DNA from: Alphaproteobacteria bacterium
GTDB taxonomy: Bacteria > Pseudomonadota > Alphaproteobacteria > GCA-2731375
Direction: 5' to 3'
DNA: 64,000 bases
Assembly (NCBI GenBank): GCA_965232515.1
Contig: CBDDPY010000002.1
Span: 7,040,001 to 7,104,000, forward strand
Both the position numbers and the translations under genes were made by a program. Position 1 is the stretch's first letter, and every line of letters begins with the position of its first letter. Of the stretch, positions 36,479-51,400 are shown in pieces. The notes beneath the pieces are model-generated. The model did not search any database. It saw only the letters and a list, made by a program, of their open reading frames with translations, and was not told where the DNA came from.

Positions 36479-39400
36479 TCAGGTGACCTGCAGATCGTTG
36501 GCTTTCAGGTCGGCGCCGGGCACCTGGGCGACGATCGTGTAGCCGTCGGCCTCGCCGTTCGGATCGTAGATCAGATTGCCGGCCGCGTCGGCGAGCAACG
36601 AGGGATCGCCGGCAAGGTAGGCGTCGCTGTTGCCGTTGGTGCCGTCGTATTCGGCGCCGATGACGGAGAAATTGCCGTCGTCGATCTCGGTCAACGCGAA
36701 GCTCGCGCCGTCGAGCGCAATGGTGTCGCCCTCGACGGCATTGAAGTCGGCGATGACATCGCCGCCGTCGCCGGTAACCCGATAGTAGAAGGTGTCGCCG
36801 CCGACGCCGCCGGACAGCATGTCGGCGCCGGCGCCGCCCGTCAGCCAGTCGTCGCCGGCCGATCCGAACAGCATGTCGTTGCCGGCCCCGCCGTCGAGGC
36901 TGTCATCGCCGTCTCCGCCGTCGTAGGCATCGTCGGCGTCGCCGCCGTGAAGCGCCGTGCGGTCGGCGGCGAAGGCGTCGTTAAGCGCGGTAAAGACAAC
37001 GCCGCCGTCGAGATAATCGAAATCGAACGAGAAACCGTCGGCGGCGCCCGTGATCGCGACCGACAGGCTGTCGACGATCGCATCGAGGCCCTGCGCCGCG
37101 CTCAGGAACTGGATGCTGTCGCCGGCCTGCGGCAGATAACCGTCGAGGAGGACGATATCGAGCAGGCCGCTGGTCAGGTCTACGCTGCCGCTGACCTCGA
37201 TCAGGTCGTAGGCGCCGGCTTCCGTACCGGCCAGCTCGATCTCCAACGTGCCGCCGCTGAGCGTGAAGTCACCGTCGATCAGCGCCGTGCCGGGCGAGGC
37301 GCCGGGCTGGAACACGCCGCCCTGGTCGTTGGTGACGTTGCCCTGGATGACGCCGCCGGTATTGCCGATCAGCGAGCCGTCGGCGCCGATGAAGATGTCG
37401 GTGGCCTGCAGCAAGGCCTGGTCGCTGACCGTGACGCTGCCGGTGCCGCCCGGGTTCAGGTCGGGATCGACGCCGATGCCGAGCACGTCGCCAGCAAGGA
37501 ATTGGGTGCCGACGCCCGAGATGAGCAGCGTGCCGCTGCTACCCGCGAACGTCCCGACGAAGGTGCCGCCGGTCGAAGCCACGCCCGGGCTGACCTCGCC
37601 GAAGGTCACGTCGACAATGCTGCCGCCGTTCACGGTCATGTCGCCGTTACCGGTGCGGCCGATCGTGACCGAATTACCGGTGCCGTTGATGCGAACGGTC
37701 GATCCGCCGGTGACCGTCATCGCGCCGTCGCCACCGGGTTCCGAGGACGTTCCTCCCAAACTGAAACCGCCAGCGTCGCCCGTTGAATTGATGTTGAGTT
37801 GGGCGGCATTGGTCAACGTCAGGGTGCCTGTACCGCCGCGGCCGACGGCGAGCCCGCCACCGAAGCCGACACTCGCGCCCGTGTTGATGATTCCGCCCAG
37901 CGCGACCGTTGCGCCGTCGACGACAACGGTGCCAGTGCCGTTGGGATTGCCAATCAGCATGACCTTAGCACTCACCGAACCGCCGTTTTCGACGGTGAGA
38001 GAGCCGGTTGAGCCGCTGCCGGTGCCGACGGCAACGAGACTGTCGGCACTACCGGTCATAGCGATTTCGGAGCCGGCGCCCGATACAACGGCGACACCGT
38101 TCGCCGGATTCATGTTTTCGGTCTCGAAACTGCCACCGATATGGAACTGGCCGAAGAATTCGGCGTCGACCTCTCGGTTGACCTCGATCCGTCCACCGTC
38201 AGTCACATTAAGAAAACCGTCGCCCTGCCGGCCAATCGACACAAAGGGGTTGACGCCGTCGTTGCTCAATCGCAACAGCGAGCCCGCACCCTGGACGTTG
38301 ATCGTGCCGGTGCTGCCGGCATCAAGGCCAGCCTGAAACCCCGGGCTGTTTACCGCGTCCGCCGGCGCCAGGATCTCGACCAAGCCGCCGTCCGAAACGG
38401 TTAGGGTGCCGGTGCCGCCCGACCGTCCGACCGTCAGAAATGCGGAATCGTCGTCCACCGCGTCGACGCCGGACAACCGCAATGTAGAGGGGTTGTCGAG
38501 GACATCCCGACCGGAAACCAGGATGTCGCCGGTCGCGCCATCGCGGCCGACCGACATGAAAACCAGCCCGTCCTGGCCGACGCCTTGAACGACACCGCCG
38601 TCAGTGATGTTGAGCCTGCCGATGCTGTCCGCGCCGAAACGTCCGACATTGATCGATCCGGAATTGCCGCTGACGGTCAGGCTGGAGCCCTGACCGTCGA
38701 CATTGACGGTCGATGTCCCGCCGACACCGGGTACGCCATCGCGGTAGTCGGCGATATTCATGCCGGGGAAGGGATCGCTGGTCGCGTCCTGAATGGCGAA
38801 CGTGCCGCCGTTGGTGATGTTGACCGTGGCGTCGCCGGCACGGCCAACCCGGACGAAAGAAACGCCAGTTGTGACCGTTCCGGCGGCGTTGAACTGGGAG
38901 CCGGTGCCCGAGATGTTCACGACGGCGTTGCCGGCGTTGGCGGTATTGTCACCGGCAAATTCGACGAAGCCGCTGTTGTTAGTCCAGGTGCTACCGCTTT
39001 CGATCGTCAGCGTTGCATTGCTATTTTCGCCTGTCGCAAACGCGGTCCTGAACTCGCCATTGTTGACGAAGCTGGCGCCGTTCCTGAGGGTGACGTCAGC
39101 CGTACCGGACAGTCCGATGTCGAGAGCGTTGGCGGTATTCGCCCAGCTCGCGCCGTCGATCAGGATGGTCGCCGAAGACCCGGTGTCGATTGCGATGTCG
39201 GTACCTGCCGTCCCCAGCAATGCGCCGTTCGTGACATTGATCTGGGCAGACGAATTCGTCGTTTCCGACACCCGCAGGAATCCGTCGTTGTCCCAAAGCG
39301 AGCCGGTGCCGTCGACATTGATAGTGACATCGCTGGTTTCGCTGCCGGTGCTGTCGTCGCTGAAGCCGCGGGCGCGGCTGACGGTACTGTCGTTGAGATC

Positions 39401-42400
39401 CAGCGTCGCGCCGTTCAATACATGCAGCGTGACGGTCACGGCGCCGCCGGGCGTGCCTTGCACGAAGCCGCTGCCGGCCTGGGTGAAAACCTCGGCGATG
39501 CCGATATTTGCGAACTCTGAGAACGAAAGGGCGGAGCCGACGCCGTCAATGGTGACGTTGGTCGTCGCGCCCGCGGCGCTGCCGATATGGCCCGATCGCA
39601 GGTCCATCGTGCCGCCGGACAGGATATCGACGGTCGCCGTCGCGTTGGCGCCGTCGCCAATGGTGAAAAAGCCGGTATCGCTCCATGTCGAGCCGTTGCC
39701 GGTGACGGTCACGGTCGCCGTGGTCAGTTCCGTGCCGTCGAAGCCGTCGCCGAAGGGGCCTTGCGACAAACGGCCGCCGGACGAGTTGATCGTTCCGCCG
39801 TTGCGGACTTCGACGGTCGCGGTCGCGTTCTCGCCGGCGGCGCCTTGCGTGAAACCGCTTCCGGCTGGGGTGAAGACGTCCGCCCGTGCCATGCCGAAGA
39901 ACCCACCGGCATCAAACAGCGACCCGGCGCCATCGACCAGGAGATTGCCTGACGCACCAGCGGCTTCGCCGAACACGGCGCCCGTACCGAGGAATACGCC
40001 GCCATTGGTCACGTTGATCGTGCCGGTCGCGTTGTCGCCTTCGCCAACCTGAAGGAACCCGCCATTGACCCAGCGCGAATCAAGGCCGTCAATGTTGACC
40101 GTCGCGATCGTGGACTCGGTGCCGAGGAAATCGTTGCCGCCCGGACCCTGCGACACGCCACCGCCGATCGTATTCAGAAATCCGCCGTCAAGGACGTTTA
40201 CGACGGCGACGGTCTGGCCGCCCGGCGTCCCCAGATCGAAACCGCTGCCGGCGTTAGTGAATACCGCGGCACTGCCGACGGCGAAGAAGCTGGTGGTGTC
40301 AAGGCGCGACCCGGCGCCGGTGATCGTCAGCGTGCCGTTGGATCCGGCGGCGTTGCCGACGAACGTGCCGCCTTCGATGCCAGCGACAGGAACGGCGGCG
40401 TCGACATTGGCGCCGCCGGAAATGGTCATGCTGCCGGTGCCAGCTTGGCCGATCTCGAGCCGGTTGAACGTGGCGTCCAGACTCACTTTCGTGTTCGGTC
40501 CGGTCACGTTGACGGTGCCGGTCATGTTGCCCGGGTCGGTGCCGATCGTGAGCGCCGCCGTCGCGAAGTCGGCGCCGCCGGTGACGTTCAGGACCCCGGT
40601 TTCGGTCGTGCTGGTCCCGACAAAGACGTTCAAGCTGCCGTTCGTCGACACGCCGCCGCTGGCCGTCACGCGCAACAGGAAGTCGCCCGCGCTGAGCTCG
40701 GCGGGTGTCACGCCCTGGAGTGTGATCGGGAACTGGCCGGCGCCACCGTCGATCACCGCGTCGCCGTTCAGGTCCGTGGTGATTCCGGCGAGCACGTCGT
40801 TCGGATCGTTTGTCTCGAAACCGACCAGCTCGATGATGTCCTGGCCGGGCGTGAAGTCGGTGATGGTGTGACCGCCGATGGCGAAGGGGCTGAGCTTGGC
40901 GACGCGGAATTCGAACTGATCCGCGCCGCTGCCGCCGGTCAGGATGTCCTGGAAACCGAAGCTCTCCAGGCGGTCGTCGTCGGCGCCGCCGTCGAGGATG
41001 TTCGTGGTGCCCCGGCCACCATCGAGGAAATCGTTGCCGGCGCCGCCAAACAACCGGTCGTCACCGTCGCCGCCGATGGCGACGTCGTCGGCCGTGCCGC
41101 CTTCCAGCCTAATGGCGTTGCCGAGCGTAGGATCTCCGTTAATGACGAAAGACAGGCCATCCGACGAGGAGTCCTGGATCTCGAAATCGAAAGCCGACGT
41201 GACACCGCTGACCAAAACGGACAGGTCTGCGGCGCTGGTGCCGAGGCTGGCATTGTCCAGGATGAAGTTGTAGGACGCCGCCGCCAGCGGCTGCGCGGTG
41301 AAGCTGACGTTGAGGGTGCCGCCGGCGACGGCGATGGCATTCCCGACCGCGACCTGGTCGAGATCCGTCGCCGCGTTGGCGCCAAACTCGAGGTCGAGGA
41401 AGCCGCCAGCCAGGTCGAAATCGCCGGTGACGGTCAGCGTGCCGAACGAGGCGCCAGGCGACATGCGGCCGCCCGCGAACGCGACGTCCCCGTCGAGCGT
41501 CCCGGTGCCGGAAACCAGGCCGCCGCTGCCGATGCTGATGCTCTCGGCCTGGGCGACGCCAAAATCGTTGACGATCAGCGTGCCCGTGCCGCCGGTGCCG
41601 GGGCCGAGCGGCGTGCCGTTGAAGTCCTGGCCAACCACGAGGTCGGTGCCCGCCATCAGACGCGAGATGACCGGGCTGCCGCCGCCGGGGTCGCCGGTGA
41701 TCGTCACCGTGCCGTCCGCGCCGGCCTCGCGGCCGATCGTGGTGGCCCCGTTGGACGCGACCGTCACCAAGCCGCCCTGGTCGATGGTCAGCGCGCCGCT
41801 GCCCTGCAGCCCGACAGCCAGTTCCGAGCCGTTGCCGAGGACCGACAACGTCGAGCCGGCGCCGCTCACGCTCGCCTGGCCGTTGCTGCCGGCAGCCCGG
41901 CCGATCAGGAAGTTGGCCTTGGTTGTCTGGCCATCGAGCACCAGGTCGCCGCCATTGGTGATGTTCAGCGTGCCGGTATCGAACAGACCGACGGATGCGA
42001 TGGCCGAACTGCCGGCCGCCTGCAACAGCGAACCGGCGCCGTCGATGTTCACGGTGCCAGTGCCGCCGGTCAGCGTCGAGTTGTCGCTGAACAGCGTGCC
42101 GCCTGCGGCGAAGCCGACGAAGCTGCCGCCGTTGTCGGCGAGCAGGACCTGGCCGCCGTTCAGTACGTTCACCGTGCCGGTGCCGGCGAGGCCGATATGT
42201 AGGAATGACGAGGCATTGAGGTTGTCGAGGCCGGCGGCGTTCAGGGTCGACCCGGCGCCGGTAACCGTCACCGTGCCGTTAGATCCGGCTAATCGGCCGA
42301 TCTGCATGAACTCGACATTCGCTGTGCCGCCGTCCTGCACGGTCAAGGTGCCGGCACCGAGCTGGCCGACCAGCGTGGTGTCCGAATCGAAACCGCCGGT

Positions 42401-45400
42401 GTCGGTGAAGCTCGAGCCGCTGCCCGACACAAACACCGTGCCGATGCCGCCCGCGTTTCGCCCGATGCTGACATCGGTGTTGGCGAAGGTCGCGGAACCG
42501 CCCGCCAGCACGGAAAGCAGGCCGTCGCCCGAAGCGCCGATCGAGGTTAGCGTGCCGCCAGTGTAGTTGAAGCTGGACCCGGCGCCGGTGACGGTGAGCG
42601 AACCGGTACCGTTGAAGCTCTGACCGATGGCGAACTGGTCGGACATCACCGTCACCGTGGCGCCCTGCGACACGGTCACGTTTCCGACGCCGGCATCGGC
42701 GACAGTGAATTCAAAGCCACTGCCATGCGTCAGCGACGATCCGCCGCCGGAAACCGTAACGGCGCCGACACCGCTGAAATCGCCGCCGATGCGGATATCG
42801 GTGTTGGCGAATGTGGCCGTGGCGCCGTTAAGCACCTCCAGCGTGCCGTCACCCGAAAAGCCGATGTCCGCCACACCGTTGCCGCCGGTCACGTCGAGGC
42901 TGGAGCCGGCATCCGTCACCGTGACGGCACCGTCGCCATTGCTGCTCAGGCCAAGAGTGAACTGATCGGTGACGAATGTTGCGCTGGCCGACTGTGAAAC
43001 ATCGAGCGTGCCGACGCCGGACACGCCGATATTGGCGAATGTGAAGCCGCTGCCGCCGGTGACCATCAGACTAGAGTTGAGGCCGGTGACGACGACCGCG
43101 CCATCGGTAACGTGCCCGCTGTTCTCGGTGCCGGCGACCGTGAGGCCGCCGCTGTCGGTGGTGAAGTTGAACTGGCCGCCGGACTCGATCCGGAGCGTGC
43201 CGAGTGTGCTGCCGACGGAACCATCAAAGTTGCCGGCGGCCACCGTGACTGAGCCATCGACGGTGTTGCCGCGGAATTCGCCGCCGTTGCGCACGACCAT
43301 GGTGCCGTTGCCGACGCGGCCGATCTGGATGAAGGTGCCGAACTCGTCGATGTCGCGGTCCGGTACGTTGACGTCCTCGATCTCGATGATCGATCCGGCG
43401 CCGTCGATGATGACGGTTCCGTCGCTATCCAGGTTGCGGCCAAGCTGCAAGCCCGAGCCGACGGTGTCGGTGTTGGTCGTCTGGCCCGGACCGATGAACA
43501 GCCGTGCGCCGTTTTCGACATTAAGGGTGCCGAAACTGTTGGCCTCGCGGCCGACGCGGACGAAACCGGCCTCGAAGTCGAAGTCGCCGCTGAAGCGGCC
43601 GGTGTCGTTCGTCACGTTGACCACGGTCGTGGGACCGGTGATTGTCGCCGTGCCGTCGCTGCCAGTATCCCGCCCAACCTCCAGGAAGAGCGTTTGGATC
43701 GTGGCGCCGTCCTGCACGGTCAGCGTACCGGTGCCGAACTGACCGATGCGTACCGTATTGTCGACGCCCTGGGTGACGACGCTGCTGCCGGTGCCGGTCA
43801 CCGTGATCGTGCCGTTGCCGCCGGCGTCGTCGCCGGCTTCCAGGGATGCCGCCGTGACCTGGCCGCCATTGCTGACGGTCAGCGTTCCGGTGCCTTCGTT
43901 ACCGACATCGATGCCGAAGCCCTCGACGGTCAGCGTGGCGCCGCCGCCGGTCCCATCCACGGTCACGGCGCCGGTGCCGTTCGGCAGGCTACCGACATGC
44001 ATCACGCTGTCATCGTCGGTTACCGTGAACGTGCCGCCCGAGGTGATCAACAGCGTGCTCGGTGTGACGCTGGCGGTCTGGTCGTCGTCGCCGCGGCCGA
44101 CGGCGACGAAGCCGGAGAAGCCGGTCATCGTGAAGCTGCCGCCATTGCGGACTTCCATGGCGCCATCCCCGGCCCGGCCGACGAACAGCAGAGGATCGCC
44201 GTCGAAGCTGTCCTGGATCGTGACCGACGATCCGACGCCGTCGATCACGAAGCTGCCGCTGCTGCCGGTGTTGCGGGCAAGCTGGATCGCCGGGAATTGC
44301 GAGATGTCCTGGCCGGTAATCGTCAGGTCGGCGCCGTTCTGGACGGTGGCGTCGGCGCTGCCATCCACGCCGATGCGCAGATTTCCGTCGAAAAGCCGCC
44401 CGTCGACGCCCCGTATCTGACCCGATAGAGCAATGCTGGAGCCGGCGCCGTCAAGCAGCAGAGTGCCGCTGCCGCCGGCCTCGACGCCGAGGTCGATCGC
44501 CGCCGCCGAGACCGCGCCACCATTGGTGACGTTGAGCGTGCCTTCGCCGGCGCGGCCAACGTCCATACGGTTGTTGGCGCCGGTCAGCGTCAGTTGCGCG
44601 CCCGCGCCGGCGACGTCGACCACGCCGCTGCCGCTCGCCTCCAGGCCGACCTGCACGAGATGCGCCGTCACCGTGCCGCCGGGACCGATGTCGAGCAGGC
44701 CGGTGCCGCGCTGGCCGACGATCAGGGTCTCCTGCAACGTGAAGTTGGCGCCGGCGCCGCTGACCGTCAGCGTGCCGACGGTGCCCGCCTCGAAGCCGAG
44801 CACGGCCGTGGTTTCGGTCTGGGTCTCGCCGGCGCCGAGGACAAGATCGGCATCCGCGCTGTTGCCGACGACCAGCGGCCGGTCGATACGCAGGGCCAGG
44901 TCACCGTCCGGATCGCTGTTGTCGCTAAAGAAATCGTCGTCCGGTGACAGGAACAGGTGGGTGGCGCCGGCCGGTACCGTGAGGACAATCGTCTCGATGA
45001 AGAAGTCTTCCGCGATGTCCGTCGGCAGGTCGCCGTTCGCGGTGTTGTCGGTGACGAAATCGCGTCCGGCATCGCGCGCGTCCGGCACCCGGTTCAGCAG
45101 GTTGTCGGCCAGCAGCGTATCGCTGCTGCTGAACACACCGAGAATGCCTTGGGGCGTCTCGACGCCGTCGTTGTCGTGGTCGTAGAAGCCGAGCCGTTGC
45201 AGGGCGATGATATCGCCGGGCGAGATGCCGAGCGTCGCGAGCGCGATGGCGGTTGCCGGCAGGGCGCCGGCATCGGCGTTGACCCGGAGATAGGTCTCGG
45301 TCGGCACGATCGGTTGCACCGCCGTCGAGGCGCCGCCTGGCACAATGCCGCTGGCATTGACCACGGTCAGCGTCAAATCGCCGGTGCCGGCGTCGAGCAC

Positions 45401-48400
45401 CGCCGCGAGCTCGAGACCATTGCCGAGATCGAGGCCGGTGATGGTATCGAACGTCCCGACCGTGTTCGCGGCGTCGAACACCAGGAAGCTGTCGCCCAGC
45501 GATGGCGTGAAGCCGCCGATCAGCGTGACGTTGAGCGTGCCGGCGAGCGTCGCCGTGCCGGAAATGGTGAGCAGATCGAAGCTGCCGCCGGCGGTCCCGC
45601 CGAGCTCGATGTTGAGCACGCCGGTCGCTGTCTGCGTGTAGTCGCCGATGATGGCGAAGGTGCCCGCCGAGGTGCCGGGGTTCAGCGTGCCGGCGTTGGC
45701 AAAGGTCGTGCCATCGACATCCAAGGTGCCGAAGCCCTGGATGGTGCCGGCCGCGAGGTTGTCGAACGCGCCGCCGTTGACGTCAAGCGTCTGCCCGGCG
45801 TCGACATCGATGGTGCCGCTGTTGCTGAAAGTCGTGCCGGTATTATCGATCGTCAGCCGATGATCGATGTCGATCAGGCCCTGGTTGTCGATCGCGCCCG
45901 TCAGCGCCCGCTCACCGCCGCTCGCCGGACCGCCCGGACCCGATGTTGTCAGGATCGTCCCCGCATTGACTAGCGTGCCCGTGCTGACCGTCAGACCCGT
46001 CAATGCAGCCGGAGAGAAGAAACTGCTCGACTTCGTCAGTTCGATCAGACCATCGTTCGTAAAGCCGCTGGCTACCGTCAGCGTTACCTCGGAATCAGCG
46101 CTCTCTATCCGAACCGTCGCCAGCGCTGCGTTGGTCACCAAACCTGCAAGGTTCGAACTCTGCTCAACTGTCACAAAGCCCTGGTTCACAAATTCAGCAT
46201 TGATTGTGTCGCCGGCCAGCCGGCTGTCGGCGCCAGCATTGATCAACCGGCCCGGACCGTTCACCGTGCCGTTGCTCAGATCCAGCGACACGTCGCTTGT
46301 CAGATCGGCCGTCAGGTCCAGCACATAGCTGTCCAGCGTCAAGGTCCCGCCGCCCAGCAACGCCGTTCCAGTCGCGATCGACACCGTGCCGCCATCGACG
46401 GTCAATGTCCGTCCGGCGGCGATATCGATGGTGCCGCTGTTGTTGATCGTGCCGGTGCCATTCGTAATCGTCAGCGCAGCGTCGACATCGATGGTGCCGC
46501 TGTTGCTGAAAGTCGTGCCGGTATTATCGATCGTCAGCCGATGATCGATGTCGATCAGGCCCTGGTTGTCGATCGCGCCCGTCAGCGCCCGCTCACCGCC
46601 GCTCGCCGGACCGCCCGGACCCGATGTTGTCAGGATCGTCCCCGCATTGACTAGCGTGCCCGTGCTGACCGTCAGACCCGTCAATGCAGCCGGAGAGAAG
46701 AAACTGCTCGACTTCGTCAGTTCGATCAGACCATCGTTCGTAAAGCCGCTGGCTACCGTCAGCGTTGCCTCGGAATCAGCGCTCTCTATCCGAACCGTCG
46801 CCAGCGCCGTATTGATACCGCCACTGACAGAGAGGTCTCCACCCGCGACAACCAACAGATCACTATTCGTCAGGTTGGCGAGGTTCGTAGCGCCCGTATC
46901 GTAGGTCACCGGCCCGGTGCCGGTGGGGATGATCACGTCTTCGCCATCGACTGGCACAACGCCGCTATTCCAGTTCGCCGGCGTGTGCCAGGAGCCGTCG
47001 CCGCTGCCGTTGGTGAAGGTGACGACGCCGGAAGAGACCACCGTCAGGGTCAGGTCGCCGGTGCCGGCGTCGAGCACGGCGTCGAGCAGTAGGCCGCCCC
47101 CGAGGTTCAGGCCGTTGATCGTGTCGAACGTACCGACCGAGTTGGCGGCGTCGAACACGAGGAAGCTGTCGCCGAGCGTCGGTGTGAAGCCGCCGATCAG
47201 GGTCACGTTGAGCGTGCCGGCGAGTGTTGCGGTGCCGGAAATGGTGAGCAGATCAAAGCTGCCGCCGGCAGTGCCGCCGAGCTCGATGTTGAGCACGCCT
47301 GTCGCGGTCTGGGTGTAGTCCCCGACGATGGCGAAGACACCCGCCGAGGTGCCGGGATTCAGCGTGCCCGAACTGGTAAACGTCGTGCCGGCGACATCGA
47401 GCGTGCCGAAGCCCTGGATCACGCCGGCGGTGAGATTGTCGAATGTGCCGCCATTGACGTCGAGCAGGATGCTGGCGGCGATGTCGACCGTGCCGACATT
47501 GGTGAAGGTCGCGTTGTTGTTATCGATGGTCAGATCGGCATCGACGTCGATCAGGCCCTGGTTCGTGACCGAGCCGTCCAGGCTCAGCAGGCCGCCGCCA
47601 CCGCCGCCGTCCAGGCCGCGGATCACGCCGGTCGCGGCATTCACCAGCGTCGCCGTGGTCACGTCGAGCTCGACCGTGCGGCTGTTGGGATGCGTGTTGA
47701 GCAGCTCGATCAGGCCGTCATTGGTGAAGCCATTCTCCACCGTCAGCCGGCTGAGCGCGGTACCGTCGGTCCCGTCGACCCGCAGCACCGCGCCGCTCTC
47801 GTTGCTGAACGCGCCCGCAAACGTGTTGTTCGCCAGCGCCGTCAGCGTGCCCTGGTTCACCAGCTCGGCATTGACCGTGTCGCTCCGTAGCGTCAGACCG
47901 TCGGTCTGGTTGATCAGCCGGCCGGGACCGTTCACCGTGCCGTTGCCCAGGTCCACCACGATGCCGCCGTTGACCAACGTCAGGTCGCTCTGCAGCGTCA
48001 GATCGTAGTTGACCAGGTCGAGCGTGCCGGTGCCCGCCAGCACCGAGGTCGGCGTCAGCACCGTGCTGCCCAGCGACACGGTCAGCGTCTGCCCGGCGGC
48101 GACGTCGACCGTGCCGACATTGGTGAAGGTCGCGTTGTTGTTGTCGATGGTCAGATCGGCATCGACGTCGATCAGACCCTGGTTCGTGACCGAGCCGTCC
48201 AGGCTCAGCAGGCCGCCGCCACCGCCGCCGTCCAGGCCGCGGATCACGCCGGTCGCGGCATTCACCAGCGTCGCCGTGGTCACGTCGAGCTCGACCGTGC
48301 GGCTGTTGGGATGCGTGTTGAGCAGCTCGATCAGGCCGTCATTGGTGAAGCCATTCTCCACCGTCAGCCGGCTGAGCGCGGTGCCGTCGGTCCCGTCGAC

Positions 48401-51400
48401 CCGCAGCACCGCACCGCTCTCGTTGCTGAACACGCCCGCAAACGTGTTGTTCGCCAGCGCCGTCAGCGTGCCCTGGTTCACCAGCTCGGCATTGACCGTG
48501 TCGCTCCGCAGCGTCAGACCGTCGGTCTGATTGATCAGCCGGCCGGAACCGTTCACCGTGCCGTTGCCCAGGTCCAGCACGATGCCGCCGTTGACCAGCG
48601 TCAGGTCGCTCTGCAGTGTGAGGTCGTAGTTGACCAGGTCGAGCGTGCCGGTGCCCGCCAGCACCGAGGTCGGCGTCAGCACCGTGCTGCCGAGCGATAC
48701 GGTCAACGTCTTTCCGGCGGCGACGTCGACCGTGCCGACATTGGTGAAGGTCGCGTTGTTGTTGTCGATGGTCAGGTCGGCATCGACGTCGATCAGACCC
48801 TGGTTCGTGACCGACCCGTCCAGGCTCAGCAGGCCGCCGCCACCGCCGCCGTCCAGACTGCGGATCACGCCGGTCGCACCATTCACCAGCGTCGACGTCG
48901 TCACGTCGAGCTCGACCGTGCGGCTGTTGGGATGTGTGTTGAGCAGCTCGATCAGGCCATCGTTGGTGAAGCCGTTCTCCACCGTCAGCCGGCTGAGCGC
49001 GGTGCCGTCGGTCCCGTCGACCCGCAGCACCGCGCCGCTCTCGTTGCTGAACGCACCCGCAAACGTGTTGCTCGCCAGCGCCGTCAGCGTGCCCTGGTTC
49101 ACCAGCTCGGCATTGACCGTGTCGCTCCGCAGCGTCAGACCGTCGGTCTGGTTGATCAGCCGGCCGGGACCGTTCACCGTGCCGTTGCCCAGGTCCACCA
49201 CGATGCCGCCGTTGACCAGCGTCAGGTCGCTCTGCAGCGTGAGGTCGTAGTTGACCAGGTCGAGCGTGCCGGTGCCCGCCAGCACCGAGGTCGGCGTCAG
49301 CACCGTGCTGCCGAGCGACACGGTCAACGTCTGCCCGGCGGCGACGTCGACCGTGCCGACATTGGTGAAGGTCGCGTTGTTGTTGTCGATGGTCAGGTCG
49401 GCATCGACGTCGATCAAACCCTGGTTTGTGACCGACCCGTCCAGGCTCAGCAGGCCGCCGCCACCGCCGCCGTCCAGGCCGCGGATCACGCCGGTCGCGG
49501 CATTCACCAGCGTCGCCGTGGTCACGTCGAGCTCGACCGTGCGGCTGTTGGGATGTGTGTTGAGCAGCTCGATCAGGCCATCATTGGTGAAGCCGTTCTC
49601 CACCGTCAGCCGGCTGAGCGCGGTGCCGTCGGTCCCGTCGACCCGCAGCACCGCGCCGCTCTCGTTGCTGAACGCACCCGCAAACGTGTTGCTCGCCAGC
49701 GCCGTCAGCGTGCCGGCATTGGAAACAATTGTCGAAATTGTCGAACTGGTAAGGGTAAGCACGGCCGAACCAGCAGCCGCGAGCGTACCGGTGCCGTCGA
49801 TCGATGCGTTGGTCACGCTGCCAGTGCCGACGAGTGTCAGAACGCGGCCGTCGAGGTCCTTGGCGCCGGCACCGCTGATTGTCGCCGCGCCATCCACGAC
49901 GAAATCGCCGGCGCCGGTGAGCGTGCCGGTCGTCCAATCGAAGTTGCCATCGATGGTGGCGTTGCCGCCGCCGCCGTATGTGCCGCCCGATAGTGTCAGG
50001 TTGGCGCCGGCATCGAAGCTGGCCGTGCCGTCGACGTTGAGCGTTCCGGCCGCGACGATCACGCCGTCGCTCGCCGACAACGCGCCAAGATTCGTGACGC
50101 CGGTATCGTAGGTGACCGGGCCGGTCCCCGCCGGGATGATGACGTCGTCGCCGTCGACCGGGACCGTGCCCGTGTCCCAGTTAGCGGCCGTATGCCACGA
50201 GCCATCGCCGCTGCCATTGGTGAAGGTGACGACGCCCGTCGCGACAACCGTCAGCGTCAGGTCGCCGGTGCCGGCGTTCAGGACGGCGTCGAGCAGCAGG
50301 CCGCCGCCCAGCCCCAGTCCGTTGATCGCATCGAACGTGCCGACCGTGCTCGCTGCATCGAAGACCAGGAAACTGTCGCCCAGCGTCGGCGTGAAGCCGC
50401 CGATGATGCTGACGTTCAGGGTGCCGGCGAGCGTCGCCGTACCGCTGATCGTCAGCACATCGAACGTGCCGCCGAGTTCGATATTCAGTACGCCGGTCGC
50501 GGTCTGGGTGTAGTCGCCGACGATGGCGAAAGCGCCGGCGGACGTGCCGGGGTTCAGCGTGCCTGAATTGGTGAAGGTCGCGCTGGCGGCATCGAGGGTG
50601 CCGAAGCCCTGGATGATGCCGCCATCCAGGTTGGTGAATGCGCCGCCGTTGACATCGAGCGTCTGGCCGGCGGCGATGTCGACCGTGCCGGCATTGTCGA
50701 ACGTCGTGCCCGCGATCGAGAAGACCAGATCAGTGTCGACGTCGATCAGGCCCTGATTGTCGATCGTTCCGGTCAGGGTGCGTGGGCCGCCGCCGGTGCC
50801 GGCCAGGACGCTGATCGTCCCGGTGTTGGTCAGCGTGCCAGAATCGACCGTCAGGCTGACCGGCCGCAACACGCCGGACTGCGTGTTGGTCAGCTCGATC
50901 AGGCCGGCGTTGGCGAAGTCGTCGCCGAATGTCAGGCTCGAATTGTTGAATGCCGCATCCAGCCGCAGCGTCGCCAGCGCGTCGTTGCTGCCACCGCTGG
51001 CCAGCGCCGACGTCCCCGCGACCGTCGTCGTGCCCTGGTTCTCGAACGTCGCGGCGATATCCGTGTTGGTCAGGCTGAGGTCGTCGCTGGCATTAATCAA
51101 ACGGCCCGGGCCGTTCACCGTGCTGCTGCGCAGCTCGACCGACAGGCTGGCGGCCGGGACGGTCAGATCCACGGGCAGGGTGAGGGTCACGCTGGCGAAG
51201 TCGAGCTGCCCGTCGCCCGCGAAGTCCGTGCCGGCGGCGAACGTCGCGCTGCCGCCGGTGATCGTCATTGTCTGTCCAGTCGCGACGTCCAGCGTCCCGC
51301 TGTTGCTGAACGCCGCGCCGTTGTTGTTGATCGTCGCGTCGGTGTCGGCGTCGATCAGGCCCTGATTGTCGATCGTTCCGGTCAGGGTGCGTTGACCGCC

